Shown here: in pieces, positions 8,449-18,708 of the stretch
Layout of the letters: every line of letters starts with the position of its first letter
Position numbering within the stretch: the first letter of the stretch is position 1
Assembly: GCA_046882085.1 (NCBI GenBank)
Contig: JBKSNA010000027.1
Span: 1 to 56,180, forward strand
Direction of reading: 5' to 3'
Source of the DNA: Clostridia bacterium
GTDB taxonomy: Bacteria; Bacillota; Clostridia; Christensenellales; UBA1242
Length of the DNA: 56,180 nt
Program-made: the position numbers and the translations under genes
The notes under the pieces: model-generated
What the model saw: the letters and a program-made list of their open reading frames with translations, nothing else
What the model was told of the DNA's origin: nothing
The model's database searches: none

Positions 8449-10817
8449 CGAAGTACTGCGCCGATAGTTTCGATCTCAGCATTGAGTACTGAGTTCACTA
8501 TTGGACTAATTTCATTTTCTGCCAGAGGTTTCTCTCCTTGGCGGATAGAGAGTGTGAATGCTACACTCTTTTTGTTTTCTCCAAGGGAATCTGATGTATA
8601 GATATCGAAGATTTTGCAGCCTACGATATTTTGTCTGTCTGCTTTCTTGGCGATCTCGATGATCTTGCTAGCAGGGATATCTTTATCTACTACTATTGCT
8701 AGATCTCTAGAGATGTATGGTAATTTTTCTGGAGCGTTGCCGGTGCGTTTGTCATTTAGTCTAATGATTACATTTGATAGATTGATTTCTGCGATATACA
8801 CCTTAGGAGCGATCTCAAAATTGGCTCTGATCTTAGGGTGAATCTCGCCGATTTCACCGATTTTCTTATTGTATAGATAGATATCTGCGCATATTCCAGG
8901 GTGGAACATATCGTTCTGAGCCTGTCTATATTCTAACTCAATACCTATACTAGCCATTATCTTGTTCAATAAATTCTTTAGTCTATAGAAATCATAATCA
9001 CCCGTCATACTTAGGCATAGGTTATTATGCTCATCAGGTAGAGTAGTGAGCGGTAGAGATTTCGCTAAGAACACACGCGCTAATTCAAATAATTTTAGAT
9101 CCTTATTGCCTTGCTTTAAGTTGAAGGAAATGGTGTTTAACATACCTGGAATTAGGCTTCTACGTACTATGCTATAATCCTGACCGATAGGGTTGGCAAC
9201 AACAATATGATCTTCAATATTGAGACCTGCATTAGTAATCAACTTTGGTCCGCCGAACTGCCATGTGAGAGTTTCACTGAATCCCATTAGGGCAGATGTA
9301 GTCTTGAGTCGATTAATATTTTTTTGCTCTATGGTCAACTCGCCTACTGTATTGAAGTCTGTAGAAGTACTATCTTCGATACTAATCTTGTCTAATCCAT
9401 AGATACGTCCTACTTCTTCACATATATCACAATCACGCTCAATATCTGTTCTCTCTGCTGGAATAGTAGATGTAAGTATTCCATTATTTTCAGTAGTAGA
9501 GATGCCTAATTTGTTTAGGATCTTTAACATTGTGTCTGTAGGGATATCTAAGCCGAGTCGCTCATTGATTTTCTCCACACTACTAGTAACAACTCTAGTC
9601 TTAGGTAAACCATTATTAATATCTACAATCACACTAGAGATATCTCCTGCATCTAAGCTAGAGATTAGATGCAAGGCGCGCTTGAGTCCGATCTCTGTAT
9701 TTTCAATATTCACACCCTTAGCATATCGGATACTACTATCGCTAGATAGTCCTAGAGCGTGAGATGATCTTCTGATATTGGCGAAGTGGAAGTTGGCACT
9801 CTCTAGCAATACATTTTGAGTATTCTCATAAGTACCGCTCTCCATACCGCCCATAATACCGGCGATAACCATAGGTTCACTGCTGTTGGCAATGACTAAA
9901 TTATTGGTAGATAGAGTATGTTCTTTCTCATCTAGAGTGAGTATTGTTTCATTTTCTATTGCATGACGCACTATAATCTTCTCGTCCTTGATCTTAGATA
10001 GATCGAATGCGTGCATTGGTTGACCGACTTCTAGCAATACATAGTTAGTAATATCTACATATAATGAATGTGGAGTATGACCTAGTAGAGATAGTCTTCT
10101 CTGCATCCAGTCAGGTGATAGTGTATTCTTCACATTCTCCACGACACATGCTTGATATCTAGGACACAAATCGAAGTCTAATACTTCTACACTTATTGAT
10201 TTATTAGATTTAGTAGAGTATGTTAGATCTAATTCTTTTAGCGGAAGATCGAATATTGCACTAATCTCTTTCGCTATACCATAGATAGAATTACAATCCG
10301 ATCTATTAGGCAAAACATTGACGTCAAAAACGATTTCGTTCATTCCTAATACGTCTGCAATAGGCGTGCCAGGCTTGATGTCTCTAGACAAAATTAACAA
10401 TCCATGCACTTCAGCACCAGGATATAGAGAGTCGTCTATGCCTAGCTCTTCACCAGAGCAGAACATACCATTAGATTCTACACCACGAAGACTACCATTT
10501 TTAATAGCGAGCCCATTAGGAAGTACTGCGCCATCTAGAGCGAGTGGCACATTGTCGCCTGTTACCATATTGTCGGCATGAGTAACTATCTGAGTACGAC
10601 CGAAACCATAATCTGCTTGACATATTACTAGTTTGTCAGCGTTAGGATGGCGAGTGATCTCTGTGATATTGGCTACCACTACTTTGTCTAAACCTGCAGA
10701 TTTGTCTATTATTTCTTCTACTTCAAATCCAGCATCTGTTAGACCTTTAGTAAGAGTCTTTAGATCAAGACTAGATGTATCTACATAATCATTAATCCAT
10801 GATAATAATACTTTCAT
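8445..10817 (-). CDS. pheT: Phenylalanine--tRNA ligase beta subunit
   Basis: 790 aa with the N-terminus MKVLLSWINDYV typical of PheT. AGGAGG lies upstream of the ATG. It sits immediately downstream of pheS. Confidence 0.95.
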   Translation of the reverse strand: MKVLLSWINDYVDTSSLDLKTLTKGLTDAGFEVEEIIDKSAGLDKVVVANITEITRHPNADKLVICQADYGFGRTQIVTHADNMVTGDNVPLALDGAVLPNGLAIKNGSLRGVESNGMFCSGEELGIDDSLYPGAEVHGLLILSRDIKPGTPIADVLGMNEIVFDVNVLPNRSDCNSIYGIAKEISAIFDLPLKELDLTYSTKSNKSISVEVLDFDLCPRYQACVVENVKNTLSPDWMQRRLSLLGHTPHSLYVDITNYVLLEVGQPMHAFDLSKIKDEKIIVRHAIENETILTLDEKEHTLSTNNLVIANSSEPMVIAGIMGGMESGTYENTQNVLLESANFHFANIRRSSHALGLSSDSSIRYAKGVNIENTEIGLKRALHLISSLDAGDISSVIVDINNGLPKTRVVTSSVEKINERLGLDIPTDTMLKILNKLGISTTENNGILTSTIPAERTDIERDCDICEEVGRIYGLDKISIEDSTSTDFNTVGELTIEQKNINRLKTTSALMGFSETLTWQFGGPKLITNAGLNIEDHIVVANPIGQDYSIVRRSLIPGMLNTISFNLKQGNKDLKLFELARVFLAKSLPLTTLPDEHNNLCLSMTGDYDFYRLKNLLNKIMASIGIELEYRQAQNDMFHPGICADIYLYNKKIGEIGEIHPKIRANFEIAPKVYIAEINLSNVIIRLNDKRTGNAPEKLPYISRDLAIVVDKDIPASKIIEIAKKADRQNIVGCKIFDIYTSDSLGENKKSVAFTLSIRQGEKPLAENEISPIVNSVLNAEIETIGAVLR

Positions 10818-10825
10818 ATTTCCTC

Positions 10826-11848
10826 CTATTTGAATTGCTTGATGAAACGAATATCGTTCTCAAACATTACTTTAGCATTAGGGATCTTGTATCTCATCTT
10901 AGGGAAGCGATCGAATCCGAATCCGAAAGCGTATCCACTGTATTCATTTGGATCGATTCCATTCATCTCTAATACGTGTGGGTGAATCATACCAGCACCT
11001 AAGATTTCGTATTGACCAGCTCCTTTACAAGCAGGACAACCAGCTCCCTTACATACATTACATTCAGCATCTACTTCTACACTTGGTTCAGTGAATGGGA
11101 AGAATGATGCTCGGAATTTGGTCTTAGTGCTTTCGCCAAGATATTTCTTAAGGATTAGACTAAGATCATGCTTGAGATCTGCAAGGCTCACTTTCTTATC
11201 TATATATATACCTTCTAATTGGTGGAAGGCTGGAGTATGAGTGGCATCTATCTCATCTTTTCTGAACACTCTACCAAAACTAAATACCTTGAATGGTGGC
11301 TTGATCTTCTCCATTGCTCTAGGCTGAGTATTAGATGTCTGCGTACGAAGTAGGATCTCTGGAGTAATGTACAGACTATCCTGCATATCACGACTAGGGT
11401 GGTCTTTAGGCACGTTTACCAATTCAAAATTGTACTTATCCCACTCCATCTCTGGTCCATCGATCTGGCTGAATCCCATACCTGTCAATATCTCGCACAT
11501 ACGAATAAAGTCAATAGTAACAGGGTGGAGTGCGCCGATATCGTCAGTGCTCATATCTAGACTAACATCGATCTTCTCGCTCATAAGTTTTGCGTTTAGT
11601 TCGCTCTCTAATAAGAATGTCTCTTTAGATCCAATCATTTTTTCCGCATCTACTTTAGCACTATTAAGTAATTGACCCATAGCGCCTTTTTCTTCAGGTG
11701 GGACTTCTTTCATGTATCTAAATAATTCAGTGATTTTACCAGACTTGCCTAATATCTCTACTCTCAATGATTGACAATCTGCACTAGTTGAGATATTTTC
11801 TAATTTTTCTCTAGTGTAATTTAGAATTTTTTCAATTTTTTGTTTCAT
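10826..11848 (-). CDS. pheS: Phenylalanine--tRNA ligase alpha subunit
   Basis: Class II motifs are present (FRKDEIDATHTPAFHQLEG, FPFTEPSVEVD, GAGMIHP). The start is taken at MKQKIEK (ATG 11848) after AGGAGAAG. The longer track ORF (to 11917) runs into the T-box terminator. Confidence 0.92.
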   Translation of the reverse strand: MKQKIEKILNYTREKLENISTSADCQSLRVEILGKSGKITELFRYMKEVPPEEKGAMGQLLNSAKVDAEKMIGSKETFLLESELNAKLMSEKIDVSLDMSTDDIGALHPVTIDFIRMCEILTGMGFSQIDGPEMEWDKYNFELVNVPKDHPSRDMQDSLYITPEILLRTQTSNTQPRAMEKIKPPFKVFSFGRVFRKDEIDATHTPAFHQLEGIYIDKKVSLADLKHDLSLILKKYLGESTKTKFRASFFPFTEPSVEVDAECNVCKGAGCPACKGAGQYEILGAGMIHPHVLEMNGIDPNEYSGYAFGFGFDRFPKMRYKIPNAKVMFENDIRFIKQFK

Positions 11849-11864
11849 TTTATCTTCTCCTAAA

Positions 11865-12165
11865 ATAAAAAAACTCGTCCTACTAAATAGGACGAGAGAA
11901 CTTACTCGTGGTACCACCTATGTTCGCAAATCTCGCTGTATCTCATTTGTAAACTTGTTTACAAATTTCAATTTATGTTCGTTTGCTCACTTATCCCATT
12001 TCGAACAAGTTCTCATGGGAACCATGGATAAACCAACATATAGAGTTTGCCTCATTACATTTTCACAGTTTAGTCTGTCGCATTTTCCTAATGCGCTACT
12101 CCAATGCTGAAATTCATGTATATACTGAACATAAGTGGCTCTCAACCGGTGGCACACTCTCCCTC
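11865..12165 (-). promoter_or_regulatory. T-box riboswitch leader (Phe specifier) controlling pheST
   Basis: On the minus strand there is AGGTGGTACCACG (T-box sequence, plus-strand 11907-11919). It is followed by the terminator CTCGTCCT-loop-AGGACGAG plus a U-run (11865-11896). Upstream are an AGAGA-like box and GGTTGAGAG, and a GAAUUUCAG segment with UUC followed by A (plus-strand 12108-12111). Confidence 0.8.
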
Positions 12166-12286
12166 ATATGAAATATATACACTACTGTACACATCTTCAC
12201 AGTATTTATTATTACGATCTGGTTATATTCCTTCTCGTTTTATACATATATGATAGATCAAAAAAAATCGATTGTCAAGAGTTTTA

Positions 12287-12847
12287 TTAAATTTTTTGAT
12301 TTTGCTGATCCGCACTAGATAGATATGATAAAATACCATTCCACGAATTGATAGTATTGATACCATCATAATTATTATTGGTAAAACAAATCGAATTGAG
12401 TCCGGAATATTTAGCTTCAAGGCAAATATCTGGATCATTATCAATGATGAGATCAATATGGAATAATTTACAATATTCTACTTTGTTGTTACAATTAATA
12501 ATAATGCGTTTCTCGTCTATATTGTGAAGTCTAGCCAAATCTTTTAATGAAATGATAGAAAGTTGATATAATGGTCGACTACATAGAATGATTACCTCGT
12601 GTCCTTGAGATTCTAACAAATTGATAGATCTCAATGCGTTGTTATATTCTGTGTATTTATCAACATTGGTGAAGTAGAATAACTTATTGTATAATTTGGT
12701 AATAAGATTATCTTTTCGCTCGACGCAATTAAGCGGAGTATAAGTCAAAGTATTAGTGTGAGATTTTGGCAAAAAACGATTCACTAATTGATAAAATCGT
12801 GAATCGCAATCAAATAATGTCTTGTCAAAATCTACAGCTATTCTCAT
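12287..12847 (-). CDS. HAD-superfamily hydrolase-like protein
   Basis: MRIAVDFDKTLFD is the N-terminal DxD motif I of HAD phosphatases. The start is taken at ATG 12847, while the track ORF extends to a TTG at 12913. There is no Shine-Dalgarno; see the leaderless finding. Confidence 0.5.
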   Translation of the reverse strand: MRIAVDFDKTLFDCDSRFYQLVNRFLPKSHTNTLTYTPLNCVERKDNLITKLYNKLFYFTNVDKYTEYNNALRSINLLESQGHEVIILCSRPLYQLSIISLKDLARLHNIDEKRIIINCNNKVEYCKLFHIDLIIDNDPDICLEAKYSGLNSICFTNNNYDGINTINSWNGILSYLSSADQQNQKI

Positions 12848-12982
12848 GGGTAAAAATAATAACACAATTATTATATTTTGACAAGAGAAAATATTTGCTA
12901 AAAATTTAATCAAAATAATTTAATAAAATATATAGTAAAAATTTTACAAAAATTCATAAAAAATCAATAAAATAGTGTATTT

Positions 12983-13011
12983 TTGACAATAAAATAAGAT
13001 TATTTTATATA
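12983..13011 (+). promoter_or_regulatory. Promoter candidate for spoIIE
   Basis: TTGACA (12983-12988), 17 nt spacer, TATATA (13006-13011). Confidence 0.35.
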
Positions 13012-13043
13012 TTTTTTATTTTTATTAATGTTAGGATTTTTGT

Positions 13044-15335
13044 ATGAAAATCAAATTTAATTCCAAACAAATCCTAAAATATATTTTAGTATTATTCATT
13101 TGTCTAGTGCTTGCAAACGCAAGAATTGGAGAGTTGAGTCCTTTTCTATTTGCTTTTTTATTCGCCGGAGTGTTCGTTGGGCTAGATGAGAAGATAATGT
13201 CGATATTTACTTTAGTGAGTAGTATATTGATGGATTTCTCACTACAAAATTTATTGATTACGATTACCGCGGTCGCTGTCTGCTTGATAAGTTATTATAT
13301 ACATAGACTCATGAAGAAGAGTACACACTTTATTACTAACTTTTTTATTTATCTAGTAGGGCTAGGCACTTATATTTATTATCATTATTTAGATTTTACT
13401 CATCTTATTTATTACATATTGTTAGGACTGATTAGTCTATTTGTATTTATACAAGTATTACACGTGGTGTTGCTTAGAAAAAACTGTTTCAAACTTACTC
13501 TCGACGAAAGTATTTGTTGTCTATTTTTCTTATGCTTATTAGGTCTAGGTATAGCGCCTGTGAGAATATCTTATTTTTCGCTATATCGCTTGATAATACC
13601 ATTCGGTATCTTGATATGTGTGGCAATCAACAGTGCATCATTAACTTATGCTATCACATTGTCTATTAGTTTGGGTGTGGCGATATATGATATTAATCTA
13701 TCTGTATTGGCAGAGATGATGATATTGGCTATATCTAGTAGTATTTTCACTATGCCTAAGAAGATAAAGATTAGTATAATGATGATAATGTCCGATCTAT
13801 TCGTTCAAATATTCTTCTTATCTAATAGCTGGGATACTTTTTATGAGATAATACCTATAATTTTAGCATGCATTACATTTACTTTGATTCCAAACAAAAA
13901 AATAAATTATTTAGCAGATTTCGTATATGTGAAGAGAAGTGAACTCTCATCTCGAAGTCTAATCAATACGACTAGGAAAAGTATTAGAAAGAGAATGAGT
14001 GAACTAAGTAATGTATTCTTAGAGATGAAGCATATCCATCTAAATATGGTCAAAAAAGAACTCACAAAGTCTGAATTGATTAATATGTTGATGAGAGAGG
14101 TGATGAATGGTTGTTGCAAGGATTGTTTGGACAAAAATCGCTGTACTCGATCGCTCGGCACAGACAATAAATCCAATATAGAAACTATTATAGAGATAGC
14201 GCTCGTTAAGGGGAAGATTACATTACTTGATCTTCCGTCTGGAATGACGAATAGATGTGCTAAGGTAAATCAATTAGTAGCCATGATCAATAGAATATGT
14301 GATGAATATCGTCAATACAAGAATATGATGGCGGATATTAACAATGTCAAGATTTTGCTAGCTGATCAAATGGGGGGAGTGTCAAAGTTATTGCTAGGAT
14401 TAGGTGAAGAGATAGATGCCAATGTTCGATTTGACGTGGCAAAAGAAAACAAAATAATATCCAGACTATTAAGTCAAAATATACATTGCAAAGAAGTGTT
14501 ATTGTATACCGAAAAGAATGAAGATCTATCTGCTGTCATTGTCGTGAAGACGGATAATGCATATAATCCTATATTAGAGAAAATTCTTACCGAAGTACTA
14601 AAAGTGCCAATGCAGATAATTAAAGTAACGCCACTTGATGACACTGATTATAATTCTGTATATCTCAAGAAAAAGGGCAAGTACGACTGCGTATTCGGTT
14701 TGGCTAGTACTAATAAGGCAGGCAATGAAGATTGCGGAGACTGTCATAGTATCATTAGATTGGGTGGTGATAAATTCTTATTAGCATTGTGTGATGGTAT
14801 GGGTACAGGTACGACCGCTAACAAAATGAGTGCGATGACTTTGGGGCTCATTGAGAATTTCTATAAAGTAGGATTTGATAATGATGTGATATTAGAGAGT
14901 GTCAACAAATTGCTGGCTATCAATAATCAAGAGAATTATTCCACATTGGATATTTGCCTGCTTGATCTAGATCGTGAGATTGCAGATTTTATTAAGGTAG
15001 GAGCACCATTTGGGATACTAAAGCGCGATGCTAATGTAGAAGTGGTGGAAGGCGGATCGTTACCTATAGGTGCATTAGATAGCATATCGCCGGTAATTCA
15101 TAAGACTACTATATCCACCAAAGATATTATAATAATGTATACCGATGGCATTACAGACGCATTTGAGTCTAGCGAAAATCTAATAGATTATGTGAGTGGA
15201 TTGGCGACCAATAATCCGCAAATAATAGCAGAGTCAATATTGAATGAGGCAGTGCTACTTAGTCAAATGTCGCCTAAGGACGATATGACTGTATTGGTAG
15301 CTAGGACGTATTTGAAAAATCAGGAAGAAATTTAA
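13044..15335 (+). CDS. spoIIE: Stage II sporulation protein E (membrane PP2C phosphatase)
   Basis: 763 aa with about 10 N-terminal TM helices, a central region and a C-terminal PP2C domain (CGDCHSIIRLGGDKFLLALCDGMGTG, MYTDGITDAF, DDMTVLVAR). The spoIIE...tilS neighbourhood matches Bacillus. Confidence 0.9.
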   Translation: MKIKFNSKQILKYILVLFICLVLANARIGELSPFLFAFLFAGVFVGLDEKIMSIFTLVSSILMDFSLQNLLITITAVAVCLISYYIHRLMKKSTHFITNFFIYLVGLGTYIYYHYLDFTHLIYYILLGLISLFVFIQVLHVVLLRKNCFKLTLDESICCLFFLCLLGLGIAPVRISYFSLYRLIIPFGILICVAINSASLTYAITLSISLGVAIYDINLSVLAEMMILAISSSIFTMPKKIKISIMMIMSDLFVQIFFLSNSWDTFYEIIPIILACITFTLIPNKKINYLADFVYVKRSELSSRSLINTTRKSIRKRMSELSNVFLEMKHIHLNMVKKELTKSELINMLMREVMNGCCKDCLDKNRCTRSLGTDNKSNIETIIEIALVKGKITLLDLPSGMTNRCAKVNQLVAMINRICDEYRQYKNMMADINNVKILLADQMGGVSKLLLGLGEEIDANVRFDVAKENKIISRLLSQNIHCKEVLLYTEKNEDLSAVIVVKTDNAYNPILEKILTEVLKVPMQIIKVTPLDDTDYNSVYLKKKGKYDCVFGLASTNKAGNEDCGDCHSIIRLGGDKFLLALCDGMGTGTTANKMSAMTLGLIENFYKVGFDNDVILESVNKLLAINNQENYSTLDICLLDLDREIADFIKVGAPFGILKRDANVEVVEGGSLPIGALDSISPVIHKTTISTKDIIIMYTDGITDAFESSENLIDYVSGLATNNPQIIAESILNEAVLLSQMSPKDDMTVLVARTYLKNQEEI

Positions 15336-15390
15336 GTTTTGGTATTGCAATTATTTAGATATTATTGTATAATTGATATAGGAGAATTAT

Positions 15391-16734
15391 ATGGAAAATG
15401 TAATAGAGTATATCAAGAAGCATAATATGATTAAGTCAGGCGAGATAATAGGAGTAGCTTGTTCTGGAGGACGAGATAGTATTAGTCTACTACATTATTT
15501 AGATTCAATCAAACAAGACTTAGACTGCGAAGTAGTAGCGGTCAATGTTGATCATGGTATTCGTGAGACTAGTGCTCATGATACTGAGTTTGTGATGCAG
15601 TTTTGTAAAGAGCATAAGATTCGTGCTTACAAATTCAAAGGCGAGGCTCTAAAGGTAGCGAAGGAAGAGAAGATGACTCTAGAGCAGGCAGCGCGCAAGG
15701 TTAGATATGGGGTATTTGAGACCGTGATGAAGAAGGGATTGGTAGATAAAATCGCCCTTGCTCACCACATGAATGACCAAGCGGAAACTGTTTTACTAAA
15801 CATTTTACGTGGAGCAGGACTCGCTGGCGCTAGAGGAATGGAACCTATTAGAGATAAGGTTTATATTCGTCCACTTCTAGAGACTCCTAGAGAAGAGATT
15901 ATGTCATATATTGATGAACATGGTCTAACTTTCGTAGAGGATGAAACAAATAAAGATATTACTTATTCTAGAAATTATATTAGAAATATCGTTATGCCAG
16001 ATCTCAGAAAGCATTTCAAACATCCAGATAAGAGTCTGGTGCACTTCGCATCAATCTGTCAAAAAGATGATGAATATATCAATAGTCAAATAGATATGGG
16101 TGCGATAGTTGAGTCTAATGAAATCACTAAAGTGCCACTAACTTATTTCTATCAAGACGAAGCGATCGTGAATAGAATATTGATGAAAGTTTTCTCTAGA
16201 TTTAGCAAGCAAGATATTGAACGTAGACATATTAATATGGTTAGAGAGTTTGCGCTTGAAGCTAATAATGGCAATATGATCACTCTTCCATTCAAGATCA
16301 AAGTATTGAAAGAATATGATTATATTACTATAGGAAATATTAAGAAAAATCAAAATTTCGGTACATATCCATTCCGTAGTGGAAAACTTAAAATAGATGG
16401 ATATGGAATCATTAGATCTACTGCTAGTAAAGTGTATACAGATCCTAAGATCCATCAGCATATAGTAGATGCTAGTCGTATACCGACTAAGGCTGAGTGG
16501 AGATTTAGAAAAGAAGGCGACACATTCGCTCCATTAGGGCTTGGCGGTACTAAGAAATTGAAAGATTATTTCATAGACAAGAAGATACCACAACGCATGC
16601 GTGATCAGATACCTGTTCTAGCTGTAGATAATAGAATCTTGGTAGTAGCAGATGTAGAGATCGCTGATGAATTGAAAATCACTGAAGATACTCACCAATA
16701 TTACAAGATCAATTACGAAAAAGATGTATTTTAA
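15391..16734 (+). CDS. tilS: tRNA(Ile)-lysidine synthase
   Basis: PP-loop GVACSGGRDSISLL is present, along with LAHHMNDQAETVLLNILRG and a TilS C-terminal domain (FRKEGDTFAPLGLGGTKKLKDYFIDKKIP). Confidence 0.92.
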   Translation: MENVIEYIKKHNMIKSGEIIGVACSGGRDSISLLHYLDSIKQDLDCEVVAVNVDHGIRETSAHDTEFVMQFCKEHKIRAYKFKGEALKVAKEEKMTLEQAARKVRYGVFETVMKKGLVDKIALAHHMNDQAETVLLNILRGAGLAGARGMEPIRDKVYIRPLLETPREEIMSYIDEHGLTFVEDETNKDITYSRNYIRNIVMPDLRKHFKHPDKSLVHFASICQKDDEYINSQIDMGAIVESNEITKVPLTYFYQDEAIVNRILMKVFSRFSKQDIERRHINMVREFALEANNGNMITLPFKIKVLKEYDYITIGNIKKNQNFGTYPFRSGKLKIDGYGIIRSTASKVYTDPKIHQHIVDASRIPTKAEWRFRKEGDTFAPLGLGGTKKLKDYFIDKKIPQRMRDQIPVLAVDNRILVVADVEIADELKITEDTHQYYKINYEKDVF

Positions 16735-16764
16735 AAAAGATTGCCAACAAGGCAATCTTTTTTT
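16735..16764. terminator. Bidirectional intrinsic terminator between tilS and the 16780..17325 gene
   Basis: AGATTGCC (16738-16745) pairs with GGCAATCT (16751-16758), flanked by an A-run and a T-run. Confidence 0.7.
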
Positions 16765-16779
16765 ATGAAAAAACGAAGA

Positions 16780-17325
16780 TTACTCTTCGTCTTCTACTAT
16801 TATTTCAGTGTTGTCTTCACTAGAGTTATCCACATCTTCGTGGATAATATGTGTATTTCTTGGTTTATCTTCTAGACAGCCATTAGATAATTCTTTCGCT
16901 TTCTTAGGCTTAGATGGTTTACCATTACCTAGCATCATTTCAATAAAGCCAAATTTAATGTTTTTCATTTCGCAGATATATCTAAATACTGTGTAAGCAA
17001 AGAATAATATTGCTATAAAACTAAAAGCATATTGGAAGCCACTAAATACTTCCCAAGTCTTCATATTACCGATATTAAATTCAAGTATGAAATAAACTAT
17101 AAATTCAAGAGCGGTAAATGTGCAAATTGTAATAAATAACTCTCTAGTACGAGCCATAATATACTTGTCGGTAAATATCATGATAAGCATGGTAGTAAGA
17201 ATGCCCACTAGTCCGATAAAACCGATACCAACACCGCCAAAGAAATTGGCAATAGTGCTAAAAGCAATAATAATGGCGAAGTATACTAGATATAAAATGT
17301 ATGATATTCTAAGATTTTTAGTCAT
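16780..17325 (-). CDS. Small integral membrane protein with an acidic C-terminal tail
   Basis: 181 aa with four hydrophobic helices and the tail HEDVDNSSEDNTEIIVEDEE. AGGAG and a TATAAT box lie upstream on the minus strand. No family was recognised. Confidence 0.6.
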   Translation of the reverse strand: MTKNLRISYILYLVYFAIIIAFSTIANFFGGVGIGFIGLVGILTTMLIMIFTDKYIMARTRELFITICTFTALEFIVYFILEFNIGNMKTWEVFSGFQYAFSFIAILFFAYTVFRYICEMKNIKFGFIEMMLGNGKPSKPKKAKELSNGCLEDKPRNTHIIHEDVDNSSEDNTEIIVEDEE

Positions 17326-17446
17326 AATTCACTCCTACAATCATTATAAGATAAAAATTAAAAAATGCAAACTTTTTTTGCCATTTTGTCATGTTTTGGA
17401 TAAATATTGAGTAAAAAAACTAAAATTTATACCATATGAGGTGGTT

Positions 17447-17614
17447 ATGAACGAGGAATTATTAATGCAAGCATTAAAGAAAATTGATGATCTAAATAAA
17501 AAACTTGAGAAATATTATGATTTATTACACATCGAGAATGAGCTTGATTTTGTATTAAAGGGTACATATATAATGGATACAGATATTGACAATATTGTAT
17601 CGGGGAATTATTAG
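17447..17614 (+). CDS. Unlisted 55-aa ORF (predicted helical, acidic)
   Basis: ATG at 17447 is preceded by GAGGTGG (17438-17444). It encodes MNEELLMQALKKIDDLNKKLEKYYDLLHIENELDFVLKGTYIMDTDIDNIVSGNY. Its stop lies inside the AGGAGG ribosome-binding site of the next gene. It falls below the 60-aa cut-off of the ORF track. Confidence 0.45.
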   Translation: MNEELLMQALKKIDDLNKKLEKYYDLLHIENELDFVLKGTYIMDTDIDNIVSGNY

Positions 17615-17622
17615 GAGGGAAC

Positions 17623-18708
17623 ATGTCTAGTATAGAAGAATTAAAACAAGAATTGATATATCAAAAATCAGCGATCGAATCAAGGGGAGGAAAAGTAATT
17701 GTTGCTAACACTAATCCTAGTCCAAAGGAGATATCGGCGGGAATTGATACCATACAGGGCATAGATGTGAGCTCGGCTACAGCGCAGGCTAGCGATGTAT
17801 TAGAGGGGAAAACCTTCTTCGCGGGCGACAATAGTCAAAAAACCGGTACATTTTCTTTGCAGACTGCTATGGAGCATATTATTGTATTCCAAGACAGTGT
17901 CAAATCGAGCGAGAATCATTACTCAATCACTATTCCAGATTATATGACTAATATTAGAAGTTATTTTATGAATAATAACCTTAATAATATAGATGTGTAT
18001 TTTAATGAAAACATATTAAGAATCGAAAGTAATGCATTTACGAATTGCTCTAACATGAGATTCTATGGATTTAATGATATGAGATCATTGCAATATGTAG
18101 GAGTTAGTTCGTTTTGTAATTGTAATCCGGAATATTTTGATTTTGGCAATCTTCCTAGTACTCTTACTCAGATCCAACAAAAAGCATTCCAGAATGTCGC
18201 TAGGAGCGGTGTAGCATTATTGATTCCAGATACTGCTACGATAGTAGGTATTGGAGCGTTTGCATCTGATACTAGAGTGAACGTACCGCAATTCTCATTC
18301 CCTGTGAATACATATGCTTCTACAACTTTGACATCTACTTGCTTACAAAATATTGCTTGTCATTGTGATTTTGTAGTGCCTGCTAAGATCGTAAATATTA
18401 ATACAGGATTCAATATTGGTGGTTGTTTTGATAATATCACTATTGGATCTAAGGTAAAAACTATATACGATAATGCATTTGGAGCGATCAATGACACAGA
18501 TCCGATTAGTGATTTCTATCTACAAACAGTAACTTTTGAGAATCCTACACCACCTACTACATTAGGTAAGAAAATTTTTGCCTTGCAAAATCTCGAACAT
18601 GATTTCAAAATATATGTACCAGATGAGTCTGTCGAAGCATATTCAGCTATGACCAACTTTAATACTTGGTATAGTGGACGAATATTCCCTGTTAGTCAGA
18701 AGCCGTAG
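17623..18708 (+). CDS. BspA-type leucine-rich-repeat protein without a signal peptide
   Basis: Repeated I-x-x-x-AF-x-x-C/N units are present (IESNAFTNCSNM, IQQKAFQNV, IVGIGAFASD, IYDNAFGAI, LGKKIFALQ), with the end motif KIYVPDESVEAYSAMTNFNTW. The N-terminal 80 aa are hydrophilic. Confidence 0.7.
   Translation: MSSIEELKQELIYQKSAIESRGGKVIVANTNPSPKEISAGIDTIQGIDVSSATAQASDVLEGKTFFAGDNSQKTGTFSLQTAMEHIIVFQDSVKSSENHYSITIPDYMTNIRSYFMNNNLNNIDVYFNENILRIESNAFTNCSNMRFYGFNDMRSLQYVGVSSFCNCNPEYFDFGNLPSTLTQIQQKAFQNVARSGVALLIPDTATIVGIGAFASDTRVNVPQFSFPVNTYASTTLTSTCLQNIACHCDFVVPAKIVNINTGFNIGGCFDNITIGSKVKTIYDNAFGAINDTDPISDFYLQTVTFENPTPPTTLGKKIFALQNLEHDFKIYVPDESVEAYSAMTNFNTWYSGRIFPVSQKP

Noticed and set aside
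11983-12171. 62-aa plus-strand ORF upstream of pheS
   Set aside because: It lies entirely antisense to the T-box leader and has no ribosome-binding site. The region is better explained as structured RNA on the other strand.
12223-12456. 77-aa minus-strand ORF overlapping the 3' end of the HAD-like gene
   Set aside because: It is an out-of-frame overlap with the longer HAD ORF that contains the recognisable DxD motif. It has hydrophobic low-complexity translation and no independent start signals.
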